From Ignavibacteriales bacterium (GTDB lineage Bacteria; Bacteroidota; Ignavibacteria; Ignavibacteriales; SURF-24): a DNA stretch of 64,000 nt. The notes beneath the pieces were generated by a model. It searched no databases and was not told the DNA's origin. It saw nothing but the letters and a program-made list of their open reading frames with translations. Positions 37,101 through 45,503 of the stretch are shown piece after piece. Location: contig DATAKL010000034.1 in assembly GCA_036261625.1 (NCBI GenBank), positions 125,018-189,017 on the forward strand, written 5' to 3'. The position numbers and the translations under genes are program-made. Within the stretch, counting starts at the first letter, position 1. Every line of letters begins with the position of its first letter.

Positions 37101-37364
37101 GGATTCAAATATGGCAGTTTTTCCGCTTCCTTTCGGATATGTAAAACCGGCATTTTGCGTGGGATCCAGGTCGGAGTCGCCGTTATTGTATATCCAGGTT
37201 GAGACGTTATTTATGTTCATCTTGGTCCTGTTCGGCAGCCCCAAAGTTTTGCTTAACTTCCGTTGATCCTTCTTATTCTTACCTTCGGCCTGTAGGATCA
37301 GAGAAGGAAGGAGAAAAACAAAACATAAGAGCATAAGTAGTAGCATTTTATACATTTTGTTCAT
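34161..37364 (-). CDS. Large secreted protein (1067 aa) with a T9SS-type C-terminal domain; function unknown
   Basis: It has a signal peptide (MNKMYKMLLLMLLCFVFLLPSLILQA) and a GGAG 6 nt before ATG 37364. The C-terminus VFPNPYYG...IRIYNVAGTLIKTI...ASGIYLALIE fits the CTD/FlgD-Ig-like pattern. No catalytic family is recognised. Confidence 0.8.
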   Translation of the reverse strand: MNKMYKMLLLMLLCFVFLLPSLILQAEGKNKKDQRKLSKTLGLPNRTKMNINNVSTWIYNNGDSDLDPTQNAGFTYPKGSGKTAIFESGFIWGASVGGEIRVGGSTYRTGLQPGKILSPGKAENPDLDKNRIYRVRPDYKTASLTTEAKEENMSEDEVRAQYEKDWNEWPATDGAPFEDLNNNGTYEPASDIPGFPGASQTIWYVANDLNSSLTTNLYGSQPMGIEMQATMWAYSQAGPLSNMFFRKYVIINKSTTDFKDMYVSMWSDPDVGNATDDYAGCDTILSLGYAYNATPTDATYGAMPPPAVGFDFFQGPVVAGTASDSAITGGRVIKGKKNLPMTAFYYFARGNLNVTDPTLGSYEGTQQFYNFMQGRVGKTGEIFKTPQGVPTTFALPGDPVTGTGWIDGQIIGPDDRRLGLASGPFTMAVGDTQEIVVAEMAAEGSDNLQSVKLLKSYDIKAQDAYNSFFKIPTGAPAPSVVATPLDREVLLSWGNPSTAQATESYNTKGFKFQGYNVYQLPSASATFENAKLIATFDIKDTVGVIYGYVFDPRTGKPELVPIQFGTNSGIQRSIKITKDYINNLPLNNGSRYYFAVTSYSFNPDPNEIPNVLENPLAIITVVPQSNNPGVRYPVAYGDTVKAINHVSGVSDAGIYPIIIDPSKLTGHTYRVTFQTPGDTMTVWSVTDSTTGKVIESNQTNLNGGSDYFNFDGIQLVVTGPPPGMKDYQIPSGSRKWTWSNADGFGLEGFNGAMGNAANNWFSGSTIPVTALPHTLIKLATTDTLGNILNPADSNASFGYRYLRGASSPAAKPEFAPFIKNPTAGYAYQDFTKSVPFAAFNNETGQRLAVGYLENNTEKGLVDGKYWPSDGTLDNTATDGPREWFFIFGTPYTETPDTALTKDILDNTVPMLWMGTPNRRGNVAFEAGDQFLIIANKVIQANDVFTFTAPTVTSGDMALAKQDVQSINVFPNPYYGVNPQELNKYQRFVTFNHLPQNATIRIYNVAGTLIKTISRTGATSQFERWDLANEAGLPVASGIYLALIEMPGLGSKILKIAVIQEQQVLDRF

Positions 37365-37399
37365 TTTTAACTCCAAGTATGTTTTAATCGGTCAACTAA

Positions 37400-40300
37400 T
37401 TAATATTCCAGTCTTATACCTAATCTGATCTGTCTGGGAGGACCATAGAAATACGGCACGGTCGCCAGTCCGGGAGCATTCTGCCACTGTTCATAGTAAT
37501 CGATATTAATGGCCCTGTAAACATTTGCATAACCCGGTCTTGTGGTCAGGTCGCCCGAGAGGTTAGGATTGCTTAGTACTCCGTTGTCTGTTGTAGTGCC
37601 TGTTCTTAAGAATACATTTTCAACATTGCGCTTGTCGAAGACATTAATGACGAAAATATATATGTTGGCGCTCAGTTTTTCGAAGAGCCTTACAGTCTTA
37701 TCCACTTTCAGGTCCACCTGGAAAGTAGCCGGGGTCGAGGAAGTATTAAGGGGCTCAATCGGCTGCCTGTCGCGGGCGTCGCCTTCAAGGTCTTGTCCTC
37801 CGATACCCAGAGTGTACGGGTGGCCGCTGGTAAAGCGGGCCAGGGCCGAGATTCCGAAGTCGCGCAGAATTGAGGATACATCATCACCCAGGAAGCGGAA
37901 GTCGACGTTAACGTTTCCGCTGACCGGGTTGTTATATTCCAGGGGTGAAATATACTGCGGTGCATAAGGAGTCGATCCTTCCAGAGGAGCTCCCACAATA
38001 CCGCGGTTCGAGTTGGGGAAAGACCCCGTTCCGCGGGCATCCTGGAATGACAAGGCGGCATTGACTGCAAATCCTGAAGTTCTCCTCATATTGAATGTCA
38101 GTTCCACGCCCTTGGTAGTTGCAAAGTCGCCGTTTTTTAAGAGGTAGTAGTTCTTGAACGGGGAGCTTGTTGCTACTATCTGCTGGTCGTAGACCACCTG
38201 GTCGAATATATCCTTGTAATATCCTGTGATATCGAAGGATGCGAAGTCAGCTATCTGCTGTGTAAATCCGAGCTCATACTGTGTCGTTCTTGTCGGGCGG
38301 ACATTAAAGCCCACGGGATTATTAATAAAGAAGCCTCCGCGCAGGTTGTTGTATAATAATGGAAGTCCCATATAAATATCCGCAAGACGTGTCTGCTGAA
38401 CGAATTTGCCGAACTGTGCATGGAAGACAGTCTGGTCAGTTACAGGGAAGGAAAGTCCGATACGGGGACTTATGGAAGTAAACTTGGGTACATCCACCAG
38501 ACCCTGCGGATAGATCTCGCCGGTGTTATAGTTGAATGTCAGTTCGGGGCGAGCCATATCGACGAGGCTCTTATTGTCGGTATTGATATAATCCAATCTG
38601 ACGCCAAGGTTCAGAATCAGGTCACTGAACTCAATTCTGTCCTGAACGTAAGCTCCGGCAAAGACCGGATGTTTGGGGGCGTAGATGCCCGAGGCATTCG
38701 TCTCGTTTCCCAGGGGATCATATCCGTAATTGTTGACTCCCTGGTTGATATAGACCTGTTCAAGCGTTCGTTTGTTCGGGTCGCCATCTGGCAGGGCAGC
38801 ATTCGATGCCACCTGTCCTGCAAGTGCAAAGGCGCCTTCGTTTCCAAAGGCGTAGTTTCTGATCGTGTAGCGCTGGAATTCGCCGCCTATTTTAATTGCA
38901 TGCACTTTCCCGATGTTATAAGTCAATGCACCTGTAAGAGAGTAGTTTTGCCTTCTGGCTTTCTGGTAGCCTGCTGTCACATCGCCGGGGGCATTGAAGG
39001 AAAAGTCCCAGAAGGTAAGTCTTGCAGGCCTAATAAATCTTCCGGTAGGAGTTCCAGGATTTCTCTGCCATACAAAGCCTGCCTGTGCATTAGCCACGCT
39101 GTCACCGTAGCCAAGGAGGTTATCTTTGAGGAACGGGTCATAAACGTGCAGATACTGGCTGAAGAATCCTGCAGTTATTTCATAATAAGCGCTGCCGGAA
39201 AGGACATGCGTCAGCTTCAGGCTTCCCGATCCATCCTTGGTGGCTATATTTTCAATTCTGGCCACGTCCAGCAAATTTGCAATATTGCCCGCATTACGGC
39301 TGGTATTGAATGAATTCTGACGCCAGTTGGAGTTATATGTGCCGGCAAAGCGCAGCAGTATAGGTTTAAGGTCGATTGTAAATGTACCTGAATAGTTATA
39401 GTTCTGATTGGCATTTCCGCGCACCGGGCCTGCAGGGTATACGAGGTTAATTGTATCGGATGAAAGATTATCTGTAACAGGTCCGATATTAATGCCCGGG
39501 TATGCCTGGGGATTTGCGTCTCTCTGGAAATTGTAATCAAATGAACCGAAGAGGCGGAATCGTTCACTTATTACCGGTCCGCCCAGAGTGGCCACAAACT
39601 CATTATATCCGTACCAGTAGGAGCCCAGCCTTTGCTTGCTGTCGAATATATTGCTCTTGGACTGGAAGCCCACATTATCAGTAATGTATTCAGCGGTGGC
39701 TTTAAGGTTCTGCGGGCCGGTTTTGAGTTCCTGGCGTATAATGCCGGCATTGGCTCCGCCGAACTCAGCCGTATAGCCGCCTGCCTGAACCTGGACCTCT
39801 TCGAGAGCATCCTGGCTGACTGTTACAGAGCGGCCTCCTACAACAGGGTTGGTAACAGAAACGCCTTCGAGATAATAGCCTACTTCATCCAGGCGTCCGC
39901 CGCGGATAAATACGGCGTTGTTCTGAATTGTTACGCCTGCCGTAAGGCTGAGGATATTATTTACACCCCTGACCGGGAGCGCCTGAATATCCTCGCTTGT
40001 TGTGACACGCACGGCGTTGGTGTTGCTTTTATTGATCAGTGGCCGTACTGCGGTAACCTCCACAGTTCCAACAGTAACGCCTTCGGCCGGAAGCGGTATA
40101 TCTGCCTCGGTCGTCAGCCCTGCATTTACTCTGACGTTATTCAGAGTAATGGCAGTATACCCGATAAATGAAGCTTTCAGGCTGTAAACAGCCGGCTGAA
40201 GGTTGCGGATTTCATATTCGCCATTCACGTCCGTAGCCGCACCGAAGGTCGTTCCGATAACCTGAACGTTTGCTCCTATGAGCGGTTCGCCTGTCTGTCG

Positions 40301-40402
40301 GTCAGTAATTTTGCCTTTGATTCTACCTGATGTGGTCTGTGCAAGGAGGAATGCAGGTAAAAGCATGCAAAACATAGTAAGAAAAAGTATTTTCCTACTC
40401 AT
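37400..40402 (-). CDS. SusC-like TonB-dependent transporter (CarboxypepD_reg-like domain + plug + barrel)
   Basis: A signal peptide ends in LLAQ. The CarboxypepD_reg region GRIKGKITDRQTGEPLIGANVQVIGTTFGAATDVNGEYEIRNL, the plug region (DIQALPVRGVNNILSLTAGV) and a C-terminal LGIRLEY aromatic terminus are present. It is 1000 aa. Confidence 0.88.
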   Translation of the reverse strand: MSRKILFLTMFCMLLPAFLLAQTTSGRIKGKITDRQTGEPLIGANVQVIGTTFGAATDVNGEYEIRNLQPAVYSLKASFIGYTAITLNNVRVNAGLTTEADIPLPAEGVTVGTVEVTAVRPLINKSNTNAVRVTTSEDIQALPVRGVNNILSLTAGVTIQNNAVFIRGGRLDEVGYYLEGVSVTNPVVGGRSVTVSQDALEEVQVQAGGYTAEFGGANAGIIRQELKTGPQNLKATAEYITDNVGFQSKSNIFDSKQRLGSYWYGYNEFVATLGGPVISERFRLFGSFDYNFQRDANPQAYPGINIGPVTDNLSSDTINLVYPAGPVRGNANQNYNYSGTFTIDLKPILLRFAGTYNSNWRQNSFNTSRNAGNIANLLDVARIENIATKDGSGSLKLTHVLSGSAYYEITAGFFSQYLHVYDPFLKDNLLGYGDSVANAQAGFVWQRNPGTPTGRFIRPARLTFWDFSFNAPGDVTAGYQKARRQNYSLTGALTYNIGKVHAIKIGGEFQRYTIRNYAFGNEGAFALAGQVASNAALPDGDPNKRTLEQVYINQGVNNYGYDPLGNETNASGIYAPKHPVFAGAYVQDRIEFSDLILNLGVRLDYINTDNKSLVDMARPELTFNYNTGEIYPQGLVDVPKFTSISPRIGLSFPVTDQTVFHAQFGKFVQQTRLADIYMGLPLLYNNLRGGFFINNPVGFNVRPTRTTQYELGFTQQIADFASFDITGYYKDIFDQVVYDQQIVATSSPFKNYYLLKNGDFATTKGVELTFNMRRTSGFAVNAALSFQDARGTGSFPNSNRGIVGAPLEGSTPYAPQYISPLEYNNPVSGNVNVDFRFLGDDVSSILRDFGISALARFTSGHPYTLGIGGQDLEGDARDRQPIEPLNTSSTPATFQVDLKVDKTVRLFEKLSANIYIFVINVFDKRNVENVFLRTGTTTDNGVLSNPNLSGDLTTRPGYANVYRAINIDYYEQWQNAPGLATVPYFYGPPRQIRLGIRLEY

Positions 40403-40856
40403 AGTTTTCTCCTTTCCTTTAGGTTTGTTAAAATGATCCGTCCTCTTCCGGCTTTATTGCCCTTTATGGCCGGAAGCGCCCTCTTTTTGGAATCATTTCT
40501 TCTTGAGGGAATACGAATGAACTTGATTACTCGAAAATTCTTGAAAACCAAAGCACAAGCTGATCATAAATCAAGCTGTCAAAATCATGTCGGTATTATA
40601 TCTTGTTTTTTTGGAAGGTAGTATAAATTTACATTAGTGCTCCTGTTATATTTATAAGTCGTTTTATTAATGTCTTACAATTAATGTCTTTAGGAGGTGA
40701 TACTGATAAATGATAATAATTTGCAAGTAAAAAAAAAGTATAAAAAAAAATAATCATTCCGAAAAAATCTCCAAAAACCTTACCTGGAAGATTTTATTTC
40801 TGCCGGCGTTTACTTAAATTTTACTAAAGCATTCAACTCAAATAAAAGAAGGCATT

Positions 40857-41414
40857 ATGAACGTCAATCCATGGCACGATGTAAGTATAGGGGATCATGC
40901 ACCTCAGTTTGTCAGGAGCATAATTGAAATTCCCATGGGAAGCAAAGGCAAATACGAACTTGATAAGGTAAGCGGACTCCTGAGGCTGGACCGCGTTTTG
41001 TTTTCATCGGTCCATTATCCGGCCAACTACGGCTTTATTCCCCGGACATACTGCGACGACCGCGACCCGCTGGATATTCTGGTCATCTGTTCAATTGAAG
41101 TAGACCCGATGTGCATTATTGATGCAAAGGTAATAGGGGTTATGCACATGGTTGACGAAAATGAAAGGGACGATAAAATTATTGCTGTTGCAAAAAACGA
41201 CATGTCGGTTAACTATATAAACGATATTTCCGAACTGCCCCCGCACACCGTGGTTGAGCTCAGGAGATTTTTTGAGGACTATAAGAAAAATGAACACAAG
41301 AACGTTGTCGTGGAACACTTCTTCGGGCGTGAGGAAGCCTACAGGGTTATTAACGAAAGCATCGGCCTTTACAACAGAACTTACGGCGAACTTCACAGTA
41401 AGGAAAACTCCTGA
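40857..41414 (+). CDS. ppa: Inorganic pyrophosphatase, family I
   Basis: Typical blocks are present: [26 protein letters not shown] and DPLDILV. Confidence 0.93.
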   Translation: MNVNPWHDVSIGDHAPQFVRSIIEIPMGSKGKYELDKVSGLLRLDRVLFSSVHYPANYGFIPRTYCDDRDPLDILVICSIEVDPMCIIDAKVIGVMHMVDENERDDKIIAVAKNDMSVNYINDISELPPHTVVELRRFFEDYKKNEHKNVVVEHFFGREEAYRVINESIGLYNRTYGELHSKENS

Positions 41415-41455
41415 ATCTTTTAGGGACGTTTACAGGAGTATGGTTTGAAAAAATA

Positions 41456-41489
41456 AAAGGGCAGAGGGTATTTGACTCGTCTGCCCTTT
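41456..41489 (+). terminator. Stem-loop terminator after ppa
   Basis: AAAGGGCAGA / TCTGCCCTTT is a 10-bp stem with a 14-nt loop. The downstream T-tract is weak. Confidence 0.6.
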
Positions 41490-41715
41490 AAGGTTTATTT
41501 GGTGCAGGAGGCATTAAATTTTAATTTGCAGTGAAAAAGGGAATTAAAATATTTTTTTAGCTGTTATTTATATTATGAAACAATTTTTTTAGTTTTTCCT
41601 GTGAAAATCAGAAAATTAAATTAATTTTAGTTTCAATGAACTTTAAGTAAGGAAATGGAGTTAAGCCAGGTAATTTAAGCAACAAAATTTAATTTGATAA
41701 CAATATGATGGTATT

Positions 41716-42378
41716 ATGATAAGCGAAGTAATTTTTTTAGAGTATCTTTCATGTCTTCTGGAGGGGGACAAACCGAAGTGTTCAGCCATAGTAGCTCACC
41801 TTATTGAAAGTAAGGTTAATCCGCAGGAATTATACGAGAAACTTTTTCAGCGTTCATTAGAGCGTGTAGGCAAGCTTTGGGAGAACAATAAGATCTGCGG
41901 AGCCACAGAGCACATGGCCACATCAATCACTGAATGTCTTATGAGTTATACTTACCCCATAGTTTCGGCACCGAAAAAGATAGGTAAAAAAGTTATAGTA
42001 GCTTGCGTTCCCAAGGAATTTCACCAGATAGGCGCCAAGATGGTTGCAGATGTTTTTGAATTATACGGATGGGAAGCCTTCAGCCTGGGAGCAAATACCA
42101 AGGAATCGGAACTCTTCAAGTTAATAAAAGAAAAACAACCCGACCTTCTGGCCTTATCCATGAGCCTTTATCTTAATCTGATCAGGCTGACGGAACTGAT
42201 TGAAAGTGTGAAGAAGGAATTTCCCGATCTTGAAATAATTGTAGGGGGCCAGGCCTTTAAGGAAAACAATCCTGAGTTTTTAGGGCAGTATTACAACGTG
42301 AAATATATTCCAACGCTGAAGGAACTGGAGAAGTTTATAAAGTCTAAGTCAAAAATTGAAAATAAAAGCCTGGCTTAA
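41716..42378 (+). CDS. Stand-alone cobalamin-binding protein (B12-binding_2 helical bundle + Rossmann B12-binding domain)
   Basis: The Rossmann part reads VIVACVPKEFHQIGAKMVADVFELYGWEAFSLGAN...DLLALSMSL...IIVGGQAF. The classical DxHxxG motif appears here as EFHQIG. No DNA-binding or catalytic domain is attached. Confidence 0.75.
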   Translation: MISEVIFLEYLSCLLEGDKPKCSAIVAHLIESKVNPQELYEKLFQRSLERVGKLWENNKICGATEHMATSITECLMSYTYPIVSAPKKIGKKVIVACVPKEFHQIGAKMVADVFELYGWEAFSLGANTKESELFKLIKEKQPDLLALSMSLYLNLIRLTELIESVKKEFPDLEIIVGGQAFKENNPEFLGQYYNVKYIPTLKELEKFIKSKSKIENKSLA

Positions 42379-42390
42379 GCGGCCAGGCTT
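42366..42390. terminator. Hairpin overlapping the stop codon, between convergent genes
   Basis: AAGCCTGGC / GCCAGGCTT is a 9-bp stem with a weak T-tract. Confidence 0.45.
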
Positions 42391-42437
42391 ATGATAAGTT
42401 TTGTAATGATTTATTCCGGGAAAAAGCATGATTTTTT

Positions 42438-45296
42438 TTAAGAGTCGTGCTTTTTTTCTAACGGTTCGGTACACTTATCCACAAGATAAATAATCGATTC
42501 ATAGTTAATGCCGCTATGTAACGACAGACCTATTTCGCAGGTTCTGCTTGTTGAATAGCCGTGACTGCAGTCGGAGGGAACTGCTTCCTTCAGGTTTCTT
42601 AATGCCGAGGCATTAAGCTCAGGATAAGTAAAGCCCCTGTCGCCGGCCCATCCGCAGCATCCCACGCCGTGTGGAACAATGACCTCTTCGGAACACAATT
42701 CTGCTACCTTCCTGAGCTTTCCGTTAAGTCCCATCTTGGTTGAGCTGCAAGTTGAATGTATAGCCACTTTTTCTTTCGTCTTTGTGAACTTCAGTTTACC
42801 GGTCAGAAATTCGTCAATAAATTCCACAGGCTCATAAATCTTCAGCTGACCATTGCCATCCATATGCTGGCCTAAGTATTCCTTCATTCTGTAGAGGCAC
42901 GGGCTCATATCGAAAAGGATCGGGTGCTTTCCATTTTCGGAAGCCTCCATTAGAGCCTCCAGAAGCTCATCCGATTTTCTGTCGCCCTGAGTCTTAAAGC
43001 CCTTGCTTGCAAATGCCATACCGCAGCAGAGGTTTGTAAGATTTTTCGGATAAATTACTTCATAGCCCGCCTTCAAAAGAAGCGAGACAGTCCTGGTAGT
43101 AAGTGAGTCCTTATTTTCGCTTTCTTTGGCTTGTCCCATGGTTCTGTTAATGCAGCTCGGGAAGTATACCACCTTAAGCGGGGAGCCGTTTGAGTGCTGT
43201 GGGATGATCTTATCGGCGCCTTTGGGCATATACGGGTTCCACATGGGTATTCTGCCCAGGGAGGCTTTTCTAAGTAAGTCAGAGGCCCCCTGCATAACTC
43301 TTGTGCCTAAGATTGAGTGCAGTGTATTGACAATATTAAGGCCGAGTTTCATTCCTGCAGTAACCTGGTCCATTGAGGCTGAAAGCACGCTGGCAATGCC
43401 ATTGGCAGCAGGCGAGGCATTTTCAGCCCTGAGTTCCTTGACCAGGTTGCCTGTATTAATATTTACGGGGCAGCTAGTGGCGCAGAGCCCGTCTGTGGCG
43501 CAGGTTTCATCGCCGTCGTATTGGAACTGGTCAGTAAGGGCTTTGCGTCTTGCCGGATCCTCGCCCGATTCCTTCAGGCGTGCAATTTCACGCCAGACTA
43601 CAATTCTCTGCCGGGGTGTAATAGTAAGATCCTTTGAAGGGCAGTTAATCTCGCAGAATCCGCACTCGATGCATTTATCAACAATTGAATTTGCCTTTGG
43701 AAGCGGTTTAAGGTTTTTAACGTGAGCATTGCTGTCGCTGTTTAAGATTACGCCCGGGTTAATGATATTGTCGGGATCGAAAATGGATTTAATTTCCTTC
43801 ATAAGGCCGAAGGCTTCATGGCCCCATTCGAGCTCCACAAAGGGTGCCATATTCCGCCCCGTGCCGTGTTCAGCTTTAAGGGCCCCGTCGTATTTTTTGA
43901 CCACCATGTTTGTAACATCATCAATCAGGTTCTTGTAGCGGTTGATTTCCTTCTGGCTGTTAAAGCCCTGTTTGAAGACGAAGTGAAGATTTCCCTCGAG
44001 GGCGTGGCCGAAAATAATTGCGTCGTAGTAGCCGTGTTTTTTGAAGAGTTCCTGCAGGTCACTTGTTGCCTCGGCAAGGCGTGCAACAGGGAAGCAGACG
44101 TCTTCAATAATTACGGTAGTTCCGATCTTTCTCATTGCGCCCACAGAAGGGAAGAGTCCTTTTCTTATATCCCAGAGTTTCTTAAACTCTTTTTCATCCT
44201 GTGTAAACTCCAAAGGCATAACCTTTGGAAGGTCCTTAAGGGCATGGGTAATTTCAGCTATCTGTTCAGAAAGCGTCTCTTTGTCACCGGCTCTTGTTTC
44301 AACGAGCAGTGAAGCCACTTCAGGCGCAAGTGACTTAAGATAAGGAGGCATTCCTTCCTTATCCTCAACCGAGCGCAGTGAGGCGCGGTCCATGAGTTCC
44401 ACGGCTTCAACTTTGGAAGTCTTCAGGATTTCCACGGCACGGCAGGCTGTTACGGTATCGGGAAAAAGCATTAGTGCCGTAGCCTTGTTGGGCAGTTCGG
44501 GAACAGTGTAATAGTTTACTTCGGAAATAAAGCCTAGAGTTCCCTCTGAGCCTATCATAAGGTGCTGAATAATATCGACCGGGTCGTCAAAATCCACCAG
44601 GGCGTTAAGGCTGTAACCTGTGGTGTTTTTCATCTTAAACTTATTTCTGATGCGCCCGGAAAGAGCTTCATTTTCCTTTACTTTCTCTGATAGCCGGCAT
44701 ATGGAAGAGATCATCTCCGTGTGGCTTTCGGAAAACTTCCTGCGGCTTTCGGGGTCGTTTGTATCCAGGATGGAGCCGTCGAAGAAAATGATTTTCATTC
44801 CGGCTAAAGTCCTGTAGCTGTTCTGTGAGGTGCCGCAGCACATTCCGCTGGCGTTATTGGCAGCGATGCCGCCGATCATGGCTGAATTTATGGATGCCGG
44901 ATCGGGGCCTATTTTTCTTTTATAGGGAGCCAGAAAAACGTTTGCATGGGCTCCCACAATGCCAACCTGTAGGCGGATTTCCGAGGCGTCGGCGTTAATC
45001 TGGAAGCCTCTCCACTTTGTGCCGAGTACTACAAGGACACTGTCTGAGACTGCCTGCCCGGAAAGGCTTGTACCTGCTGCACGGAAAGTAACCGAAAGGC
45101 CCAAACGCCTGGAGTGTTTTAATATTAAAATTACTTCCTCTTCTGAGTCGACTTTTACGACAAGCTTAGGAACCAGCCTGTAGAAACTGGCGTCTGTTCC
45201 ATAGGCGAGTGTCCTTAAGTCGTCTGAAAACATTCTGTCTTCAGGAATTCCTTCCCGGAGGCTGTTGTATAGTTCTAAATATTTGCCGGATAGCAT
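42438..45296 (-). CDS. FAD-linked oxidase fused to an Fe-S/CCG-domain module (YdiJ-like D-2-hydroxyacid dehydrogenase family)
   Basis: 952 aa. The N-terminal part is a GlcD-like FAD-binding domain (RAAGTSLSGQAV...). The middle carries a 2x4Fe-4S ferredoxin motif, CIECGFCEINCP...CATDGLCATSCP. The C-terminal part has cysteine-rich CCG-type repeats. Confidence 0.8.
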   Translation of the reverse strand: MLSGKYLELYNSLREGIPEDRMFSDDLRTLAYGTDASFYRLVPKLVVKVDSEEEVILILKHSRRLGLSVTFRAAGTSLSGQAVSDSVLVVLGTKWRGFQINADASEIRLQVGIVGAHANVFLAPYKRKIGPDPASINSAMIGGIAANNASGMCCGTSQNSYRTLAGMKIIFFDGSILDTNDPESRRKFSESHTEMISSICRLSEKVKENEALSGRIRNKFKMKNTTGYSLNALVDFDDPVDIIQHLMIGSEGTLGFISEVNYYTVPELPNKATALMLFPDTVTACRAVEILKTSKVEAVELMDRASLRSVEDKEGMPPYLKSLAPEVASLLVETRAGDKETLSEQIAEITHALKDLPKVMPLEFTQDEKEFKKLWDIRKGLFPSVGAMRKIGTTVIIEDVCFPVARLAEATSDLQELFKKHGYYDAIIFGHALEGNLHFVFKQGFNSQKEINRYKNLIDDVTNMVVKKYDGALKAEHGTGRNMAPFVELEWGHEAFGLMKEIKSIFDPDNIINPGVILNSDSNAHVKNLKPLPKANSIVDKCIECGFCEINCPSKDLTITPRQRIVVWREIARLKESGEDPARRKALTDQFQYDGDETCATDGLCATSCPVNINTGNLVKELRAENASPAANGIASVLSASMDQVTAGMKLGLNIVNTLHSILGTRVMQGASDLLRKASLGRIPMWNPYMPKGADKIIPQHSNGSPLKVVYFPSCINRTMGQAKESENKDSLTTRTVSLLLKAGYEVIYPKNLTNLCCGMAFASKGFKTQGDRKSDELLEALMEASENGKHPILFDMSPCLYRMKEYLGQHMDGNGQLKIYEPVEFIDEFLTGKLKFTKTKEKVAIHSTCSSTKMGLNGKLRKVAELCSEEVIVPHGVGCCGWAGDRGFTYPELNASALRNLKEAVPSDCSHGYSTSRTCEIGLSLHSGINYESIIYLVDKCTEPLEKKHDS

Positions 45297-45418
45297 TAAA
45301 TCCTCATAATTTGCTGTTTGCCCTTTGTTCTAAGGAGGGCGGAAAAATCAAAATATCACCTTGCAAAATTACAAAAATATCTTAAGAATATTACGCATTT
45401 TCTTTGTGAATAGTTCCC

Positions 45419-45470
45419 GGCAAGGGGTAAAAGGGGCCTGCCGGGCTTTTCTTTAAGAGCGCCGGCAGGA
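45419..45470 (-). terminator. GC-rich alternative hairpins downstream of the M24 peptidase gene
   Basis: CCCGGCA...TGCCGGG and CCGGGC...GCCGGCAGG segments can pair in two ways, and T/A tracts flank them. Confidence 0.45.
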
Positions 45471-45503
45471 TCCAAAAAGTTGAGGAATGAGGCTTCCGGA
45501 ATC

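Noticed and set aside
34161-37364. The ~1070-aa CTD protein directly upstream of a PorV-like gene was considered as the T9SS sortase PorU, by analogy with porU-porV synteny in Bacteroidota.
   Set aside because: I could not find a gingipain/C25-type catalytic His-Gly and Cys context. The mature protein has a single Cys, in DDYAGCDT, and no GHG. This should still be checked with a PorU HMM.
38420-39313. A 297-aa plus-strand ORF lies inside the TonB-dependent transporter gene.
   Set aside because: It is antisense to a gene with clear plug and barrel homology over its whole length. It resembles no known family and has no SD. Long antisense ORFs are expected in a gene of this size and composition.
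40433-40621. A 62-aa plus-strand ORF lies in the transporter/ppa intergenic region.
   Set aside because: It has no SD and an odd composition, and it overlaps the hairpin and promoter region. It is probably non-coding.
43126-43725. A 199-aa plus-strand ORF lies opposite the YdiJ-like gene. Similar antisense ORFs occur at 43818-44312, 45693-46355 and 30264-30782.
   Set aside because: All are fully nested antisense to strongly supported enzymes. They are Ser/Leu/Arg-rich, the typical composition of shadow ORFs.
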